Shown one piece after another: positions 7,777-18,209 of a DNA stretch of 64,000 nucleotides. Origin of the DNA: Minisyncoccia bacterium (GTDB lineage Bacteria; Patescibacteriota; Minisyncoccia; Phycocordibacterales; CALRBL01); contig JBBRNV010000005.1 of assembly GCA_038230075.1 (NCBI GenBank), forward strand, positions 14,071 to 78,070. Reading direction: 5' to 3'. The number at the start of each line of letters is the position of its first letter. Within the stretch, counting starts at the first letter, position 1. A model generated the notes under the pieces. It was given only the letters and a program-made list of their open reading frames with translations. It was not told where the DNA came from and did no database searches. Position numbers and translations under genes: made by a program.

Positions 7777-10700
7777 CTAATTGGTAGGAACTGGAGTCTC
7801 AACAGGAGTAGTTTCCGGAGCTGGTTCTGTTGGCGCAGGTGGAGTTATTACAGGATCAGTTGGAAGTATCGAAGGAGTTGATGTTCCAGAATCTGTTGGA
7901 GTTACAGGATCTGAAGATGTTGCAGTAGATGTTCCTGTGCCTGTATCTCCACTTCCACCGCCACCATTACCTCCAGTTGGAGGAGTTGATGTTCCTGTTG
8001 TTAACCCATGACTTTCACAAGATCCTATTGTTGCAACAATAGCACCATCACTTACGGTCATACAGGTAAGATTTCCTGTTACTTTATCTCGCACGGTAAT
8101 TCCCTCTTCAACTGTTGCGTGTTTTGCAGTGAAGTTCTCAACTATCACATCTCGAAGTGCCCCCATTCCATTAACAACTGATGCCCCGAATGATTGAATA
8201 ATTCCAAAGACAGAGGTTGAGCCAGAACCAAGAGCTAGTGAACTTGTTCCTGACATATTATTTGAGAGCACAAATGAAAGATCGCTCGATGATGCCATGA
8301 ACTGATTCAACTTTTCATTGAGTGCTTGAATACCAACAAGAGCAACTCCGACAGGGTCAACTTGTGAAAGGTGTTTTGGATCATTATTTAAACCAAAGAA
8401 GTCATAAAACTGTTCAGCAATTGGGCCAATGTGTGTAGTACTTGCGTCTTGTGATTTATAATTCCATTTACTAATATCGAGTTCTGAAATTTTCAAGAGA
8501 ATATTTTGCTTATCTACAGGTGTGAAGTTTTCCTTAAGTGATCGTGAAGAACTAAAGTTTCCAAGACCTGTCGAGTCAACATATGCGAGCAATGTTCCAT
8601 CATCTGCTCTCCACTCAGAGAGATTGGCGCTTTGTCCTGTTGAACCGGTGATTGTTTGAGCAACAATATCATCTGAGATTTGAATATTGAGACGACTATC
8701 TGGTGTTGTAGTTCCGATTCCCAAATTTCCCGTCGCGCCGATTAAGCGCATTGATTCAGTATATGTACTTCCATCTCCTGTTGAGACATTTCCGAAACTG
8801 ATATATCCATTATCTGGTGAGAATTGTCTAAGTTCAAAAGGTTGGATTCCAAAACCATATCTACTATTTCCACCATCATCATACAAAAGAAGTTTTTGTG
8901 CATCGGTTCCAGATCCAAGTGAAAGGAGGGCTTGTGGTGTGCCAAAAATACCAAGACCTAAGTAACCATTCTCTGAAAGTATTGCCCCATTCCCAGTACC
9001 AGTTCCAGAATCTCGGCTAAAATAAAGATCTCCCGTTGTGCCGTTATTTCGAATACTCCATTGTCCAGCCTCTGCTCCACCTTGGTTGTTAACAGCAAGA
9101 CCAATATTTGAACCACTATCATTTCCAATAATTGACATGAAGTTCGTACCATTCAAATATGTTGTAATTTGACCTTCGACAAAAAGTCTATCTGAAGGTG
9201 TTGTTGTTCCAATTCCTACATTAACAGCATGTCCTCCTGTTCCTCCAAGAATCAGGGAGTTTGATTGCTGTACTTGAGCAAAATAACCGATTGCTGTTGC
9301 ATTAGACAACGAAGAAGAAGAAAAGATCGCACCATCTTGCTGACCAGCATATGAACCAATAAAGGTGTTTCCAACACTGTCTGTGACTGATCCTCCAGCA
9401 AGAACTCCAATTGAAACGTTTTCATTTCCTAAAATATTTGCTTCACCAGCTCTAAAACCTATCGCGCTGTTGTATGAACCTGAAGTGTTCTCGTGTCCAG
9501 ATCGCGAACCAACAAAGCTGTTTCCAAACCCATCAATATTTTGATTTCCCGCTTCAATACCAAAGAAGTTGTTTTCACTTCCTGTTGTGTTATTTATACC
9601 CGCTGCGAAACTAAAGAAGTTGTTATTTGACCCAGTTATGTTATGTGTTCCAGCTGCCGTTCCAAAAAAGTTGTTTCCCCCTCCTCCTGTGTTGTCATGA
9701 CCCGCCGCATTTCCAAAAAAGTTGTTATCGGTTCCTGTTGCATTATTTGCTCCTGCGGTGAACCCAAAGAAGTTGTTAAAATATCCAGAAGTATTACTTG
9801 TTCCTGCATTAAATCCAAAGAAGTTGTTTGAGTACCCGTCTATATTGCTTGATCCGGCACCTGGCCCGAAAAAGTTGTTTGATGAACCATCAACGTTACT
9901 TATACCAGCAGAGTCACCAAAGAAGTTGTTATTAGATCCGATTGTATTCGATCTTCCGGAATTCAAACCAAGAAAGTTATTGGATGAACCATTCAAGTTA
10001 TTTAATCCAGAGTTGAATCCGAAGAAGTTGTTATGCGATCCGTCGATATTATTCTGACCTGTTCCTGACCCCAAGAAGTTGTTTGACACACCATTGATAT
10101 TAGTAACACCAGCATTAAATCCGAAGAAGTTGTTATCTGTTCCATCCTGTGTATCTCGCCCCGCATTTTCACCTATGAAATTATTTGATCCTCCTGTTGT
10201 AATATTTAGTCCAGCTTGATAACCAACAAGAAAATTACTTGTTCCACTCATTGTTGTATTACCAGAATCTGCAAGTAATATACTACTTCCGACACGATCT
10301 AACGCTCGAAAATTTCGAATATAATAAGGCTGACTAGTGTTAACAATTCCATCGACTTCAAGTTTTTGACCGATGGTTGTTGTGCCGATTGAAACATTTC
10401 CTGCATTAAAATAAATATCACTTCCGCTGTTTACCCACTGTGATGATGAAGTTCCACCAGCAAATAACACGCCGTTTTGGTAGAGGTTTCCAGTGAAGTT
10501 GATGTCGCCTTGAACTGCGAGTGTGTGACTTGGTGTTGTTGTGCCGATTCCAAATTTTCCTCCACCAATAGGCGCTCCACTCTGTGTATCACTATTGTAG
10601 ATACCGGTAGCATATAAAACATTTCCAATGTTCAACTCTTGTTCTGCGTTATTTATAACTCCTCGTCCCAACGAAATTGAATTTGAAAAACCTCCTGTTC

Positions 10701-13700
10701 CTGCCCACTGACCAATCGCAATTGATGTTCCGTCTGATGAGTTATTAACCGTGTCGGCTGATCCTGCGTTTAATCCAATAAATATAGAGTTGTTTGCTTG
10801 CGCTGAAGAATCTCCAGCAGTATCTCCTAGAAAAAGCGAGTAAGAAGCACTTGTGGCATTATGTCCTGCGCCAATTCCAAGAAACGTAGATCGAAATACG
10901 TTCGTTGCACCCTCTCCTGTACCAAAACCAATAAAGTTAGAGAGTCCTGCGTCAGTTGCGCCCATTCCTGCTCCTGCGCCAATAAATATTGAACTACTAG
11001 CACGTGTTGCCAATTCTCCCGCAGCGCCTCCGATGAAAATCGAATTCACAGCGTCAGAAGCATGAAATCCGGAACTAGCTCCAATAAAAATAGCTTGGCT
11101 TGCATTTGTTGCTTCGTTTCCAGAACCATCCCCAAGAAAAAGCGAATAGTTTGCGTTGGCGACGTTTGTTCCAGCAGAGGCTCCGATTGCAAGACTATTT
11201 CCATTGATAGAATGGATTGGAAGCCCACTCAGATTAAGAGTGCTTGTCGCGTCTATCGTTCCAAGTGTCACATCTCCTTTGAAAAAGGCATTACCATTGT
11301 CTACTGTTAATTTGTAACCTGGAGTCGTCGTTCCAACTCCCACATTCCCTAAATTATAATAAATATCAGAACCTGTAGTTGTCCACTGTGATGTTCCTGT
11401 TCCTGAAGTGAAGAGGTTTCCATTTTGATAGAGGTTTCCAGTGAAGTTGATGTCGCCACCAACTGCTAGTGTGTATCCAGGGGTTGAAGTAGCAATACCA
11501 ATTCTTCCACCTGTTTCAGGTGCACCACTTGGGGTAATGTCTGCTCGAATGTTATTGGCAAACAGTACTCCTCCCAAGTTTAGTTCTCGAGATTGATTAT
11601 TGGCAGTTCCTTCTCCAATTGCAATACTGTCACTGAATCCTCCAGTTGATGTCCATGCTCCAATTAATATAGAAGATGACGCGAGATTTGTTGTGTTATC
11701 TACCGTGTCGGAGTATCCAGCATTACTACCAAGAAAGATTGAATTCGCAGCGTTGGTTGCTGCGGTTCCGACATTTGCTCCTACGAAAAACGAATCGTGT
11801 GCGTTTGTCGCATCGAGTCCGGCAGAGTATCCAAAGAAATGAGAATTTCTTGCCTGATTTGCATTTCTTCCTGCCTCCTGTCCAAAAAAGTTTGAGCCGT
11901 ATGCAGTGGTTGCATCACGCCCCGCATTGATTCCGAAGAAATTGGAATCATTTGCGTTGAAAGCTCCTCTTCCTGCGTTTGATCCAAAGAAATTGGAATT
12001 ATTTGCGTCATTTGCGTCACGCCCAGCAGACAAACCAAGAAAGTTTGATTCATTAAGATTTGCATCATTTAATCCTGCAAATGAGCCAATAAGTATATTA
12101 TTACTTCCATCTGTTAATGACGTTCCCCCACCCGCAGCAAGAAAGTTATTAGTACCTGTAATTGAAGTGTTTCCCGATACTCCAAGAAACAAATTTCTAG
12201 TCGTGGATGAAAATGCTAACGCTTGAAGATTTTCTATTTTTAATATTCCACCATTTGAAATATTGATGTCACCAACAACACTAAGTTTTGATGCGGGGGT
12301 TGTTGTTCCAACTCCCACATTCCCTAAATTATAATAAATATCAGAACCTGTAGTTGTCCACTGTGATGTTCCTGTTCCTGAAGTGAAGAGGTTTCCATTT
12401 TGATAGAGGTTTCCAGTGAAGTTGATGTTACCTTGAACTGCGAGTGTGTGACTTGGTGTTGTTGTGCCGATTCCGAGGTTTCCATTTGAAAGCATTTGGA
12501 TATATGCAGTATTTGAAAGACCGAGTTTAAAAATATTATCCTGAACAGTTGTTAAGCCATCACCTATCAGATATGAGTTTGTTGCTGTTGCAGCGTTAGC
12601 TTTTCCTAAAGCAAAGCTTCCGTTCGGAACATTGTTGTTGTATCCAAAGGCATATGTAGTAGAACCTGTTACCATATTCAGGAAACCAAAAGCTCCAGAA
12701 TAAGATCCGTTATTTATGGTGTTACTTCCACCAAAAATCGCAGACTCTGTACTAGTACTTATTCCATTTTCACTACCATATACACTTGCGTGATCAAATG
12801 AGTTTATAACCTTGTTTCCTATTCCAAAAGCAACACCTCGAATACCAGAAACTGTATTTGAAGTTCCGTAGGCAAGATTCTCACCTGGAGTAATAGCATC
12901 AACAGGAAAGATTCCATTTGAAATTGTATTTGAAGCTCCGTAGGCTTGGTTATTTCTTCCTTCAATTGTGTTGAATTTACCAAAAGCAACAACACCCCCT
13001 CCGGCTCCTGACGTTACATTCGATCGACCAATTATTATCGCGACACCTGAGTCTACAATGTTTGATGATCCAAAAATATTTGCACCTGATCCGGATCCTG
13101 AATTATCATTTCCCACAACTGATCCACCACTTGAATTCACAACAGAGATATCTCCTGCAACTGTAAGTGCCAAATTTGGAGTTGTTGTTCCTATTCCAAC
13201 ATTTCCTAAATTGTAATAAATATTTGAACCATTATTTAACCACTGAGATGATGTCGTTACTCCTCCAAATAAAATTCCGTTTTGGTAGAGGTTTCCAGTG
13301 AAGTTAATGTCGCCATCTACTCCTAATTTATAACTAGAAGTTGTTGTTCCAACCCCAAGGTTTCCTGTACTACTCGCAAGAGAAAGATAAGAACCGCTCG
13401 ATAAACCAATTAAGAAGGAGTCATTAACATTGTTAATGAGATTGTTTCCGAGAGTGTAAGAACCTGTACTGTTCACCGAGTTTGCAAGCCCAGCAACAAA
13501 ACTATTTGTTCCTGTTGCTCTGTTATTGCTTCCAAAAACTGAGACTTCGGAACCCGTAATAACGTTTGAGAAACCAAACGCATTTGATTCAAATGTTGTT
13601 CCTGACAAAATATTAAACACGCCGAAAGCTGAAGATGTATTTGATGTTCCAGAAATTCCGTTTTGAATTCCAACTGCAACCGAACGATCATCAGCAACAA

Positions 13701-14607
13701 CACTGTTTCCATACCCAAGCGCAGTTGCTCCTCCTGAACTGTTACTTTGAACAGCATTACTTCGTCCAATTGCCGTAGACCTTCCACCGAGTGATGAGTT
13801 ATTGAAACCAACAGCAACAGGTTTAAATCCTGATCCTTGATCGTCAGCGGTGTTGGTAAATCCAAGAGCAACACCATTAATTGCACTGACTCCTGACCCA
13901 ACCGCCACTCCTGATGAACTGTTAATAACATTAATATTTCCAACAATGTTTAGTCGTTCAACTACTGATGTTGTTCCAAACCCCACATTTCCATTAAGAA
14001 AATTAAGATTACTTCCAATATTTAATATCCCACCCGACCCATCGAGGTCTCCAATATGAACCGACCAATCTCCTGTGTTTAAATCAGTTCCTGTTTGATC
14101 AAAAAAACGAGCACCTGAAAAATCTCGAAGAATCAATGTTGAGGTTGATACACTATAAGGAGTTACGTCCAATGCGGCATGTGGAGAAGCAGTTCCTATA
14201 CCAAGTCGTGTAGTTACCGAATCAAATACAAAGTTAGCATTCGCACCGAACACTCCCCCATTGTTAAATTGAATCTGAGTATTTGATCCAGCAGGAGAAG
14301 TAGAACCACTTGAGCTTGCGGTACCGAGGGTTACCCAATTCGAGTTTGTAATTCCTCCTTGTAACTGATAATTAGTTGTATTTGCAACAACATACACACT
14401 CAGGCCTTGAAATCGTTGACCTGATGGAATGGCATCTCGTGCAGTGAGGTCTTGAACTACTGTTCGTGCATCGAGCGGCAATTGAGAATTTAACTGAAAG
14501 TTCGATCCAAGTTGAATACTTGCGAGCGCGTAACTTGCAACGAATACAATGGCAACAATAATACCAGTGAGAGATGATTTAAATATTTTTTTAAAAAATC
14601 TTTTCAT
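7777..14607 (-). CDS. Giant secreted fibre/adhesin-like protein with peptidase S74-like intramolecular chaperone domain
   Basis: N-terminal signal/anchor; repeated GNVGIGTTTP spacers; Gly/Asn-rich ~14-aa repeats (NNFFG..AG..N..G); SSRSLKEN...WNYK...HIGPIAE near the C-terminus; P/T-rich tail. Confidence 0.8.
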   Translation of the reverse strand: MKRFFKKIFKSSLTGIIVAIVFVASYALASIQLGSNFQLNSQLPLDARTVVQDLTARDAIPSGQRFQGLSVYVVANTTNYQLQGGITNSNWVTLGTASSSGSTSPAGSNTQIQFNNGGVFGANANFVFDSVTTRLGIGTASPHAALDVTPYSVSTSTLILRDFSGARFFDQTGTDLNTGDWSVHIGDLDGSGGILNIGSNLNFLNGNVGFGTTSVVERLNIVGNINVINSSSGVAVGSGVSAINGVALGFTNTADDQGSGFKPVAVGFNNSSLGGRSTAIGRSNAVQSNSSGGATALGYGNSVVADDRSVAVGIQNGISGTSNTSSAFGVFNILSGTTFESNAFGFSNVITGSEVSVFGSNNRATGTNSFVAGLANSVNSTGSYTLGNNLINNVNDSFLIGLSSGSYLSLASSTGNLGVGTTTSSYKLGVDGDINFTGNLYQNGILFGGVTTSSQWLNNGSNIYYNLGNVGIGTTTPNLALTVAGDISVVNSSGGSVVGNDNSGSGSGANIFGSSNIVDSGVAIIIGRSNVTSGAGGGVVAFGKFNTIEGRNNQAYGASNTISNGIFPVDAITPGENLAYGTSNTVSGIRGVAFGIGNKVINSFDHASVYGSENGISTSTESAIFGGSNTINNGSYSGAFGFLNMVTGSTTYAFGYNNNVPNGSFALGKANAATATNSYLIGDGLTTVQDNIFKLGLSNTAYIQMLSNGNLGIGTTTPSHTLAVQGNINFTGNLYQNGNLFTSGTGTSQWTTTGSDIYYNLGNVGVGTTTPASKLSVVGDINISNGGILKIENLQALAFSSTTRNLFLGVSGNTSITGTNNFLAAGGGTSLTDGSNNILIGSFAGLNDANLNESNFLGLSAGRDANDANNSNFFGSNAGRGAFNANDSNFFGINAGRDATTAYGSNFFGQEAGRNANQARNSHFFGYSAGLDATNAHDSFFVGANVGTAATNAANSIFLGSNAGYSDTVDNTTNLASSSILIGAWTSTGGFSDSIAIGEGTANNQSRELNLGGVLFANNIRADITPSGAPETGGRIGIATSTPGYTLAVGGDINFTGNLYQNGNLFTSGTGTSQWTTTGSDIYYNLGNVGVGTTTPGYKLTVDNGNAFFKGDVTLGTIDATSTLNLSGLPIHSINGNSLAIGASAGTNVANANYSLFLGDGSGNEATNASQAIFIGASSGFHASDAVNSIFIGGAAGELATRASSSIFIGAGAGMGATDAGLSNFIGFGTGEGATNVFRSTFLGIGAGHNATSASYSLFLGDTAGDSSAQANNSIFIGLNAGSADTVNNSSDGTSIAIGQWAGTGGFSNSISLGRGVINNAEQELNIGNVLYATGIYNSDTQSGAPIGGGKFGIGTTTPSHTLAVQGDINFTGNLYQNGVLFAGGTSSSQWVNSGSDIYFNAGNVSIGTTTIGQKLEVDGIVNTSQPYYIRNFRALDRVGSSILLADSGNTTMSGTSNFLVGYQAGLNITTGGSNNFIGENAGRDTQDGTDNNFFGFNAGVTNINGVSNNFLGSGTGQNNIDGSHNNFFGFNSGLNNLNGSSNNFLGLNSGRSNTIGSNNNFFGDSAGISNVDGSSNNFFGPGAGSSNIDGYSNNFFGFNAGTSNTSGYFNNFFGFTAGANNATGTDNNFFGNAAGHDNTGGGGNNFFGTAAGTHNITGSNNNFFSFAAGINNTTGSENNFFGIEAGNQNIDGFGNSFVGSRSGHENTSGSYNSAIGFRAGEANILGNENVSIGVLAGGSVTDSVGNTFIGSYAGQQDGAIFSSSSLSNATAIGYFAQVQQSNSLILGGTGGHAVNVGIGTTTPSDRLFVEGQITTYLNGTNFMSIIGNDSGSNIGLAVNNQGGAEAGQWSIRNNGTTGDLYFSRDSGTGTGNGAILSENGYLGLGIFGTPQALLSLGSGTDAQKLLLYDDGGNSRYGFGIQPFELRQFSPDNGYISFGNVSTGDGSTYTESMRLIGATGNLGIGTTTPDSRLNIQISDDIVAQTITGSTGQSANLSEWRADDGTLLAYVDSTGLGNFSSSRSLKENFTPVDKQNILLKISELDISKWNYKSQDASTTHIGPIAEQFYDFFGLNNDPKHLSQVDPVGVALVGIQALNEKLNQFMASSSDLSFVLSNNMSGTSSLALGSGSTSVFGIIQSFGASVVNGMGALRDVIVENFTAKHATVEEGITVRDKVTGNLTCMTVSDGAIVATIGSCESHGLTTGTSTPPTGGNGGGGSGDTGTGTSTATSSDPVTPTDSGTSTPSILPTDPVITPPAPTEPAPETTPVETPVPTN
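11330..12428. repeat. 124-bp identical direct repeat inside the giant gene (11330-11453 = 12305-12428)
   Basis: Direct comparison; both copies encode INFTGNLYQNGNLFTSGTGTSQWTTTGSDIYYNLGNVGVGT; 10481-10551 also nearly matches 12404-12474. Confidence 0.9.
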
Positions 14608-14608
14608 A

Positions 14609-15040
14609 TTACTTATACACCACCTTATAATCTACTAATGTCGTTACATTATTATACTCGTATATTCGATATGGAACCTTAACTCCTTCTGAATTTGGAA
14701 GTAACTCATTGTCTCTCACGGTAAAATCGGACGTTAGATCGAAACCATTTGAATCTTTAATGGTGGTGAGTGCTGCAATAGTTTCTGGATATGCGAAATA
14801 CCACACCTGATTAACAGGAGAAATTGTTAACGTGTAAGGAATAATGTTTTCTCCAGGAAATTTTGGAGATGTAGTTGCAAGCTCTGCTATGTGCTCTGCA
14901 GACAAAGCTTTTTCACCTACTCCAAAATAATAAACATCAGCCATTTTACTAGATTTGTTTGCTTGTATAGCAATAACAACAACTGCAACAAAAACAATTG
15001 CAAGTATGATGAAAAGAATTTTTGTTGAAGTCTTTTTCAT
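14609..15040 (-). CDS. Membrane-anchored hypothetical protein, paralogue of the C-terminal domain of the upstream gene
   Basis: N-terminal TM; YFAYP...LT.I.D.NGF...Y..YEY.NVTT shared with 15043-16521. Confidence 0.75.
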   Translation of the reverse strand: MKKTSTKILFIILAIVFVAVVVIAIQANKSSKMADVYYFGVGEKALSAEHIAELATTSPKFPGENIIPYTLTISPVNQVWYFAYPETIAALTTIKDSNGFDLTSDFTVRDNELLPNSEGVKVPYRIYEYNNVTTLVDYKVVYK

Positions 15041-15042
15041 AA

Positions 15043-16521
15043 TCAGAATTTAAAGGTATTAGTGAAATTCACTTGAGTAGTTACATTTTTATACTCATAC
15101 ACTTTGTACGTTTGCGGTGTTCCATCGAGCCCAGTAATGGTAACTGTTCGAAGGGTGTAGTCCGAAAATGTTTCAAATCCGTTTGTATCGAGAATTGAAG
15201 TAAGTGCCGGAGATGTGTCTGGATACGCAAGATAAAATACTTGTGAAGTTGGTGAGGTTACCGTGACTGTGTTTGATGGAGTTTTAATTAATGAAGTCAA
15301 CGTACTTCGAATTTGAGCACCAGTAAGACCTTGTGCCCCTACGCCGTAGTAAAATGGATACACAAATGTGTAACCAATGGTGTTTGAAGTAATAGTTTGT
15401 GTTCCGTCGCCTGCTCGAGCGGTGAAAGTAACTCCGTTTGTAGTTACTGGTGTTGTATCAACATATGTTTCGGTTCCACCATTCGCAAATGGAGATGCTT
15501 GCGTATGAATCAATACCCCATTTCTGTAGAAATCGACAAGTGTAATATTGTTAGTATGTTTTGTGGTATTTCCATTCAACGTTGTTGTTGTAACAGTATT
15601 TCCAAATTCTCGAATAGTACCCGTTGTTGGATTTGCAGAAAGTGAAATTGAAGGTGCTATGTATGGGTATAGCAAACTATCAAACATATTTTGCAATGTC
15701 TGAGCGGTAAATGTTGATCCTGATTGAATTCCTCCAAGTGTTATTGGGGTTGGGTTTGCATTTGTGTATGAACTTCCACCAAGCGCAGTCCACCCGACAC
15801 CGTCGTACAAGTTTAAAGCTTTGTCTGTGGTGTTAAAAACCATAAGTCCAGCTGCCGGAGAAACAATTGCATCTCGTTCAGCTGTTGTCATTCGTGGAGG
15901 AAGAAAACCTTTCGTTGTTGAAGTAAGATCGAGAATTGAAGTTGTGTCTGGGGTGTTTGTTCCTAAACCAAGAGCATGATTTACAGAATCATAAAAGAAG
16001 TTTGCATTATCTTCTGTTAAACCGGCACTTCCCATGAAAGCAACTGAACCTAAAGCAAATGCAGGGTTAAAAATTCCACTAGTCGATGTTCCTTGTGTTC
16101 GATTTTCAAGTGCAATAACTCGAAGGTCAAGCGCGTGTAAGCCTTGCCCTACTGAATCAGCAAGACCTGTTGGAATTCCAATCGGATTATTATCAACAAT
16201 ATAACTACCCCCAGTTGAGTAGTTATTTGTTACATGAGAGGGTGGAAGTGTTGCGATGTATTTCGCTATCTGAGCATTAATGATGGCAATAATGTCATTT
16301 CGTGAAAGACCACTGTTTACTTGTCTAACAATTGTTTGTGTTGGAACGATAACAGTCTTTGTTTGCACTGTCTGAGCATGAGGAGTTTGTGGTTCAATCT
16401 TAATAGTTGGAAGTGTTTTTTTCTTTACGATATAGATTGTATTTTGCGCAAACACAACTCCGCCCCAGACCACTGAGAATACAAAAAGAGAACAAATCGT
16501 AAGAATAAAAGCACGCTTCAT
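15043..16521 (-). CDS. Secreted fibre-associated protein (Thr-rich)
   Basis: Signal peptide; LGLGTNTP..SILDLTSTTKGFLPPRMTTAERDAI.SPAAGLMVFNTT module; C-terminal YLAYP domain. Confidence 0.75.
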   Translation of the reverse strand: MKRAFILTICSLFVFSVVWGGVVFAQNTIYIVKKKTLPTIKIEPQTPHAQTVQTKTVIVPTQTIVRQVNSGLSRNDIIAIINAQIAKYIATLPPSHVTNNYSTGGSYIVDNNPIGIPTGLADSVGQGLHALDLRVIALENRTQGTSTSGIFNPAFALGSVAFMGSAGLTEDNANFFYDSVNHALGLGTNTPDTTSILDLTSTTKGFLPPRMTTAERDAIVSPAAGLMVFNTTDKALNLYDGVGWTALGGSSYTNANPTPITLGGIQSGSTFTAQTLQNMFDSLLYPYIAPSISLSANPTTGTIREFGNTVTTTTLNGNTTKHTNNITLVDFYRNGVLIHTQASPFANGGTETYVDTTPVTTNGVTFTARAGDGTQTITSNTIGYTFVYPFYYGVGAQGLTGAQIRSTLTSLIKTPSNTVTVTSPTSQVFYLAYPDTSPALTSILDTNGFETFSDYTLRTVTITGLDGTPQTYKVYEYKNVTTQVNFTNTFKF

Positions 16522-16539
16522 TACCTAACTATTTTAACA

Positions 16540-17322
16540 TTATTTGATTTCAAAAAGAATAGTAACGTTCGAAGTAATTTTCTGACTGCCATTTTCAATT
16601 GGAACTGGGGCACCCGCTTCAGATTTCATCGCCATTGGAGCATAAGAATCCATTGCATATGGCATCACAGGATTTGATCCGTCTTCGTTAAAACTAATAA
16701 TTCTTCCTAAATGAAGTCCTGCAGCTTTTGCAATTGACTCCGCTTGTGCTTTTGCATCAGCAATTGCCAATTCTCGAGCCTGAGCTCTGAATGCCTCGGG
16801 CTTATCAACAACAATTGAAAGGCTACTGATGTTTGAAACTCCTTTATCACCAACAAGAGCCACAATTGAGCCGGCATCATCGAGTTTTCGAACTTTCACC
16901 GTAACTGTTTCTGACGCTTCATATCCTGAAATTACAGAATTTGTTCCACATGATCCACCGTATGAACAAGGTGCATTCTGATATTCGTATGTAGGATTCA
17001 AGCTATAATTTTCTGTCTTGATATCTTCTTTTGCTACACCAGCCGCTTTAACTGCATCGATGGTGGGATTTGCTTTAGCAACCATTGCGGCCTGAGCGTC
17101 TTCGCCTTTCTTAGCTTTTTCAGTAATAGTAAAACTGAACGTTGCAACGTCTGGAATAGTAACCACCTCTCCTTTTCCTGTTACAGGAAGTGAATAAGGA
17201 CTCACCGTAAATCGCGCCTGACTAAGTGATAATGATGTTTGGGCTAGTAAATACAGAACGAGGGCACCTAAGGTGACATAAATAACCCATCGATTTGTTT
17301 TTGATTGTAAAAATTGTTCCAT
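16540..17322 (-). CDS. SIMPL (DUF541) domain protein
   Basis: VTGKGEV...PDVA, DIKT.NYSL.P.Y, ARELAIADAKAQAE.IA..AG..LG. Confidence 0.85.
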   Translation of the reverse strand: MEQFLQSKTNRWVIYVTLGALVLYLLAQTSLSLSQARFTVSPYSLPVTGKGEVVTIPDVATFSFTITEKAKKGEDAQAAMVAKANPTIDAVKAAGVAKEDIKTENYSLNPTYEYQNAPCSYGGSCGTNSVISGYEASETVTVKVRKLDDAGSIVALVGDKGVSNISSLSIVVDKPEAFRAQARELAIADAKAQAESIAKAAGLHLGRIISFNEDGSNPVMPYAMDSYAPMAMKSEAGAPVPIENGSQKITSNVTILFEIK

Positions 17323-17369
17323 GAGTAAATTATACCACGGAAGGATGCCGTTAAAGGTTGTAGAAAACT

Positions 17370-18209
17370 CTAAAAAGTTGCCTTATATGCATCGAGTACA
17401 TTTTGGAAAAGAGACACAATTGTTAACTGTCCAACACCTCCAGGAACTGGAGAAATAGCCTTAACTAAGGGTTCTATTGCCACAAAATCGACATCTCCGT
17501 ACAAACCTTCTTCTTCTCTGTTGATTCCAATATCAAATATTACCTGTTGTTCATTTACAAAGTCTTTTGTAATAAAATGTTTTTTTCCAATAGCAACCAT
17601 GAGCATATCTGCAGACTGACAGAGACGAGGTAAATTTTCAGTGTGCGAGTGAGCGATGGTTACTGTTGCATTTTGATTGAGTAGTGCAAGCGCGAGTGGT
17701 TTTCCAACAATTAATGATCTTCCAATAACGACAATATGTTTTCCTTTAAAAGGAAGTTGATATTCCTGTGCCATTGTAATAATTCCCCTCACTGTCGCAG
17801 GAAGAAAACCTTTCTGACCAGAGTACAACTTTTTTACATTCGAAGCAGTTAATCCGTCTACATCTTTTTCTGCAACAATTGCATCAATGACAGAATGTTC
17901 ATCAACATGTTCAGGAAGCGGAAGTTGTACTAAAATTCCATGAACAGACTCATCAACATTATACTGTCTTACAAGTGCAACAACCTCTTCTGTTGTTACA
18001 TCTTCTCTCATCAAATTGTGTACAACACTCATTCCAATAGTTTCTGCAAATTGCTTTTTGTGCTGAATATACGTTGTTGAAGCTTGGTTGTTTCCAACTT
18101 GAATAATAGCCACCGCTGGAGTCTTTTTTCCAACAACAACAGCTTCGGTTACCTGTTGTATAAGGATAGATCGATATTTTTCTTTAACAGTTCGTCCATT
18201 TAAAATCAT
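17370..18209 (-). CDS. folD: Methylene-THF dehydrogenase/cyclohydrolase
   Basis: HGILVQLPLP, KDVDG, IGRSLIVGKP, PVPGGVG. Confidence 0.95.
   Translation of the reverse strand: MILNGRTVKEKYRSILIQQVTEAVVVGKKTPAVAIIQVGNNQASTTYIQHKKQFAETIGMSVVHNLMREDVTTEEVVALVRQYNVDESVHGILVQLPLPEHVDEHSVIDAIVAEKDVDGLTASNVKKLYSGQKGFLPATVRGIITMAQEYQLPFKGKHIVVIGRSLIVGKPLALALLNQNATVTIAHSHTENLPRLCQSADMLMVAIGKKHFITKDFVNEQQVIFDIGINREEEGLYGDVDFVAIEPLVKAISPVPGGVGQLTIVSLFQNVLDAYKATF

Noticed and set aside
9400-12100. Periodic ~42-nt repeats resembling a CRISPR array
   Set aside because: They are degenerate codon-level repeats of a 14-aa protein motif inside one ORF; no cas genes
11330-12428. Repeat pair as DGR template/variable region
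   Set aside because: The copies are identical, with no adenine-specific mismatches, and there is no reverse transcriptase in the window
7777-16521. Prophage tail region
   Set aside because: No terminase, capsid, portal or integrase nearby; the proteins carry signal peptides
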